A stretch of DNA of 64,000 nt, from positions 1-64,000 of the forward strand of contig JAUCBJ010005165.1 of the NCBI GenBank assembly GCA_032718475.1, read 5' to 3'. Numbering within the stretch: position 1 is the stretch's first letter; the number at the start of each line of letters is the position of its first letter. The stretch is from Nemertoderma westbladi (Eukaryota > Animalia > Xenacoelomorpha). Under the pieces are notes generated by a model. That model was given only the letters and a program-made list of their open reading frames with translations. It searched no databases and was not told the DNA's origin. This document shows positions 63,811-64,000 of this stretch, one piece after another. A program made the position numbers and the translations under genes.

Positions 63811-64000
63811 TAAAATTCAAGGTTCAAATTCAGGTTCGACAACACCCAAATACAAAATACATAATAAAGCACATATTTTAAATAGCGCAGACGTGTTATT
63901 TGGGTGTATGATAATGATGGTCAGTCGGAAAGCAAAGCTTGTAGGAAACTGATGTACAGCGCCACAGGAGGGGTGAGTGATGATTAGGGGTTATTAAGCT

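Overview
AT-rich eukaryotic (animal, probably marine invertebrate) genomic DNA, not prokaryotic. One spliced host gene can be rebuilt on the + strand from 12 phase-compatible exons (19396-60459, running off the window end). It encodes a secreted protein with a signal peptide, a PAN/apple-like domain, a Cys-rich linker and at least 8 calcium-binding EGF-like repeats; three of the EGF exons were recently duplicated as a block. The rest is mostly decayed transposable elements: CRE/RLE, RTE, L2/CR1 and RTEX-like LINEs, Gypsy nested in BEL/Pao, Penelope, piggyBac, hAT, IS3EU-like elements, Mutator-like foldback MITEs and satellites. The most striking feature is a 4.2-copy tandem array of a 340-bp unit at 15108-16528, bounded by a 15-bp target-site duplication. 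On the minus strand each unit carries a type I hammerhead ribozyme, placed where the anticodon arm would be between tRNA-like Pol III A and B boxes, inside a rod-like fold. This looks like a retrozyme/viroid-like circular RNA integrated by rolling-circle reverse transcription. Other leads are a pseudogenised ~610-codon orphan ORF in an unclassified 4.5-kb insertion, a sense-oriented piggyBac whose splice acceptor is in frame with the host EGF exons, and a Pro/Ser-rich insert inside a CRE reverse transcriptase. All calls were made by eye; no database searches were run.
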